Source: Patescibacteria group bacterium
Lineage (GTDB): Bacteria; Patescibacteriota; Patescibacteriia; JAHJFT01
NCBI GenBank assembly: GCA_028710985.1
Contig: JAQTTB010000001.1
Coordinates: forward strand, 88,021 to 152,020
Reading direction: 5' to 3'
Length of the DNA: 64,000 nucleotides
The translations under genes were made by a program, and so were the position numbers. Positions 62,956-64,000 of this stretch are shown here, one piece after another. The notes beneath the pieces are model-generated. The model saw nothing but the letters and a program-made list of their open reading frames with translations. It had not been told where the DNA came from and did not search any database. How positions within the stretch are numbered: the first letter of the stretch is position 1; every line of letters begins with the position of its first letter.

Positions 62956-63738
62956 TTAATCGATAAATGGCGTAATCACTTTTCTGCCGCGCTCCGTCAC
63001 CACAACCGTCACTTCCGCGTGGGCCGATAAATTTCCGTCCGCCGCCACGATTGTCCATCCGTCCGGCCGGGTTTTAATCCTATGGTCGCCCATCGTAAGC
63101 ATGGGCTCAATGGCGAGGCACATGCCCGGCTCAAGCAAAATGTCGGAAAGCGACGGATCATCGTAATTCGGTACGCGCGGCGACTCATGCACCGCGTATC
63201 CCACGCCATGGCCGGTCAAATCGCGCACGATTCCAAATCCGTATCTCGTGGCATGTCTTTCAATCGTACGGCCGATATCGCCGAGATAGGCGCCCGGACG
63301 CACTGTCTTTACCGCGCGCCGGAGCGCCTGGCGCGTCGCGGCAATAAGCCGGCGAACCGATTGCGGCGGCCGTCCCAGATAAAACGTAACGGCCATGTCC
63401 GTAAAAAGCCCTTTATATTTTGCGCCGAAATCCAGGCTGACAAGATCGCCTTTCCGGAGAACGCGGTTCGGCACCGACAGGCCGTGCACAATTTCTTCGT
63501 TGATGGAAATGCAGATTGCGCCCGGATATCCTTCGCGCTCGCCGGACGGCCGGTAATTTAAAAAAGACGGCTCCGCGCCGCGCTTCGCGAGCTCGGCGCG
63601 GGCGAACATCTCGAGATCCTCTGTTCCGGATCCGGGCACCGCGCGCTCCCTGATCGCTTTAAGCGCCTCCGAAAGAATGCGGCCGCCCTCGGCCAATATC
63701 GCGATCTCTTCCGCCGATTTTTTAGTTACGTATGCCAT
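62956..63738 (-). CDS. map: Methionine aminopeptidase type I.
   Basis: DLVSLDFGAKYKGLFTDMAVTF ... HGVGYAVHESP ... EPMLT. Confidence 0.9.
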   Translation of the reverse strand: MAYVTKKSAEEIAILAEGGRILSEALKAIRERAVPGSGTEDLEMFARAELAKRGAEPSFLNYRPSGEREGYPGAICISINEEIVHGLSVPNRVLRKGDLVSLDFGAKYKGLFTDMAVTFYLGRPPQSVRRLIAATRQALRRAVKTVRPGAYLGDIGRTIERHATRYGFGIVRDLTGHGVGYAVHESPRVPNYDDPSLSDILLEPGMCLAIEPMLTMGDHRIKTRPDGWTIVAADGNLSAHAEVTVVVTERGRKVITPFID

Positions 63739-64000
63739 GCTTCTTTAACTTTGAAACAATTTCCTGAAAAACTTTTGCAATGCTCTGTTCGCCGTCTATC
63801 TTAATAAGCACGCCGCGCTTTTCGTAAAAATCAATCAGCGGCTCGGTCTGCAGGTGGTACACGGCAAGCCGTGTTTTAATCACCTCGGGCGTACTGTCTT
63901 CGCGCTGGATAAGCTTGCCGCCGCATTTATCGCAAAGCCCGGCCGACTTGGGTTTTTTATAAACAATATTGTAGGTTGCGCCGCAGCCGCGGCAGACCCG
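63722..64000 (-). CDS. adk: Adenylate kinase, C-terminal part (the gene continues beyond the window). Zinc-lid type.
   Basis: Reverse-complement translation gives ...CRGCGATYNIVYKKPKSAGLCDKCGG...LIDFYEKRGVLIKIDGEQSI...KLKKHGIRN*. The stop overlaps the map start region. Absent from the ORF track because it is truncated at the edge. Confidence 0.75.
   Translation of the reverse strand, partial: RVCRGCGATYNIVYKKPKSAGLCDKCGGKLIQREDSTPEVIKTRLAVYHLQTEPLIDFYEKRGVLIKIDGEQSIAKVFQEIVSKLKKHGIRN

Noticed and set aside
1-64000. CRISPR arrays and rRNA genes.
   Set aside because: No regularly spaced direct repeats of 25-40 nt with unique spacers, and no rRNA-like conserved blocks, were seen. The tandem repeats present are tRNA-derived, or 7-nt and 14-nt simple repeats.

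Overview
This 64-kb window reads as a segment of a small, probably reduced bacterial genome. Gene content, short genes, scarce metabolism, many anchored envelope proteins and giant surface proteins suggest a CPR/Patescibacteria-like organism. This is an inference from content only; no search was run. Overall GC is about 50-55%, with GC3-rich coding sequence and AT-rich spacers.

Most genes are on the minus strand in long co-directional runs.

Housekeeping genes I can support:
- smpB-ssrA(tmRNA)-infC-rpmI-rplT
- ppsA-pyk
- htrA, nrdR, ftsA-ftsZ, dgkA, ybeY
- rpsU, hisS, lepB
- LCP-der-pth, dprA, topA
- a short Rel/SpoT homolog, parAB
- a GT4 glycosyltransferase, a D,D-carboxypeptidase
- scpAB, a YbaK-like deacylase, aspS, asnS
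- recO, ruvX, map, and the 5' part of adk

RNA genes:
- tRNA-Asp(GUC)
- tRNA-Val(CAC)
- tRNA-Leu(CAA)
- an initiator-type tRNA-Met(CAU)
- a second CAU tRNA (Met or Ile2)
- a roughly 390-nt tmRNA

Most notable features, in order of interest:
1. Two adjacent, translationally coupled surface-protein genes of 600 aa and 3205 aa. They share an about 100-aa N-terminal membrane module with a two-helix hairpin, then a Gly-rich linker, then long runs of Ig-like, Cys-rich repeat and IPT/TIG-like domains. The giant gene begins with a 7-nt tandem repeat (AAAGTCA) that could switch its reading frame.
2. A compositionally distinct block at 1..4833 (about 65-70% GC). It holds three SD-preceded secreted or lipoprotein genes with MopE-like C-x-D-x-D-N-D-C-D-G cysteine repeats. 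One has a coiled coil and a C-terminal beta-rich domain ending in ...ILFF. Two near-identical TTGACA-17-TAAAAT promoters with 240-320-nt leaders drive them.
3. Partial duplications of tRNA and tmRNA 3' ends next to their parent genes: tmRNA 3' end, tRNA-Asp 5' and 3' halves, and tandem degenerate tRNA-Val 3' halves. These look like integrase att scars or tRNA-derived repeat elements.
4. A small GIY-YIG (YhbQ/UPF0213-like) gene framed by nested 25-bp and 47-bp inverted repeats, a candidate miniature mobile cassette.
5. The palindromic 20-mer GGGTCGCATATATGCGACCC at three loci, two of them bidirectional terminators.
6. An HtrA/PDZ paralog with apparent substitutions at all three catalytic-triad positions.

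All protein calls come from motif recognition in the supplied translations. No database search was run.
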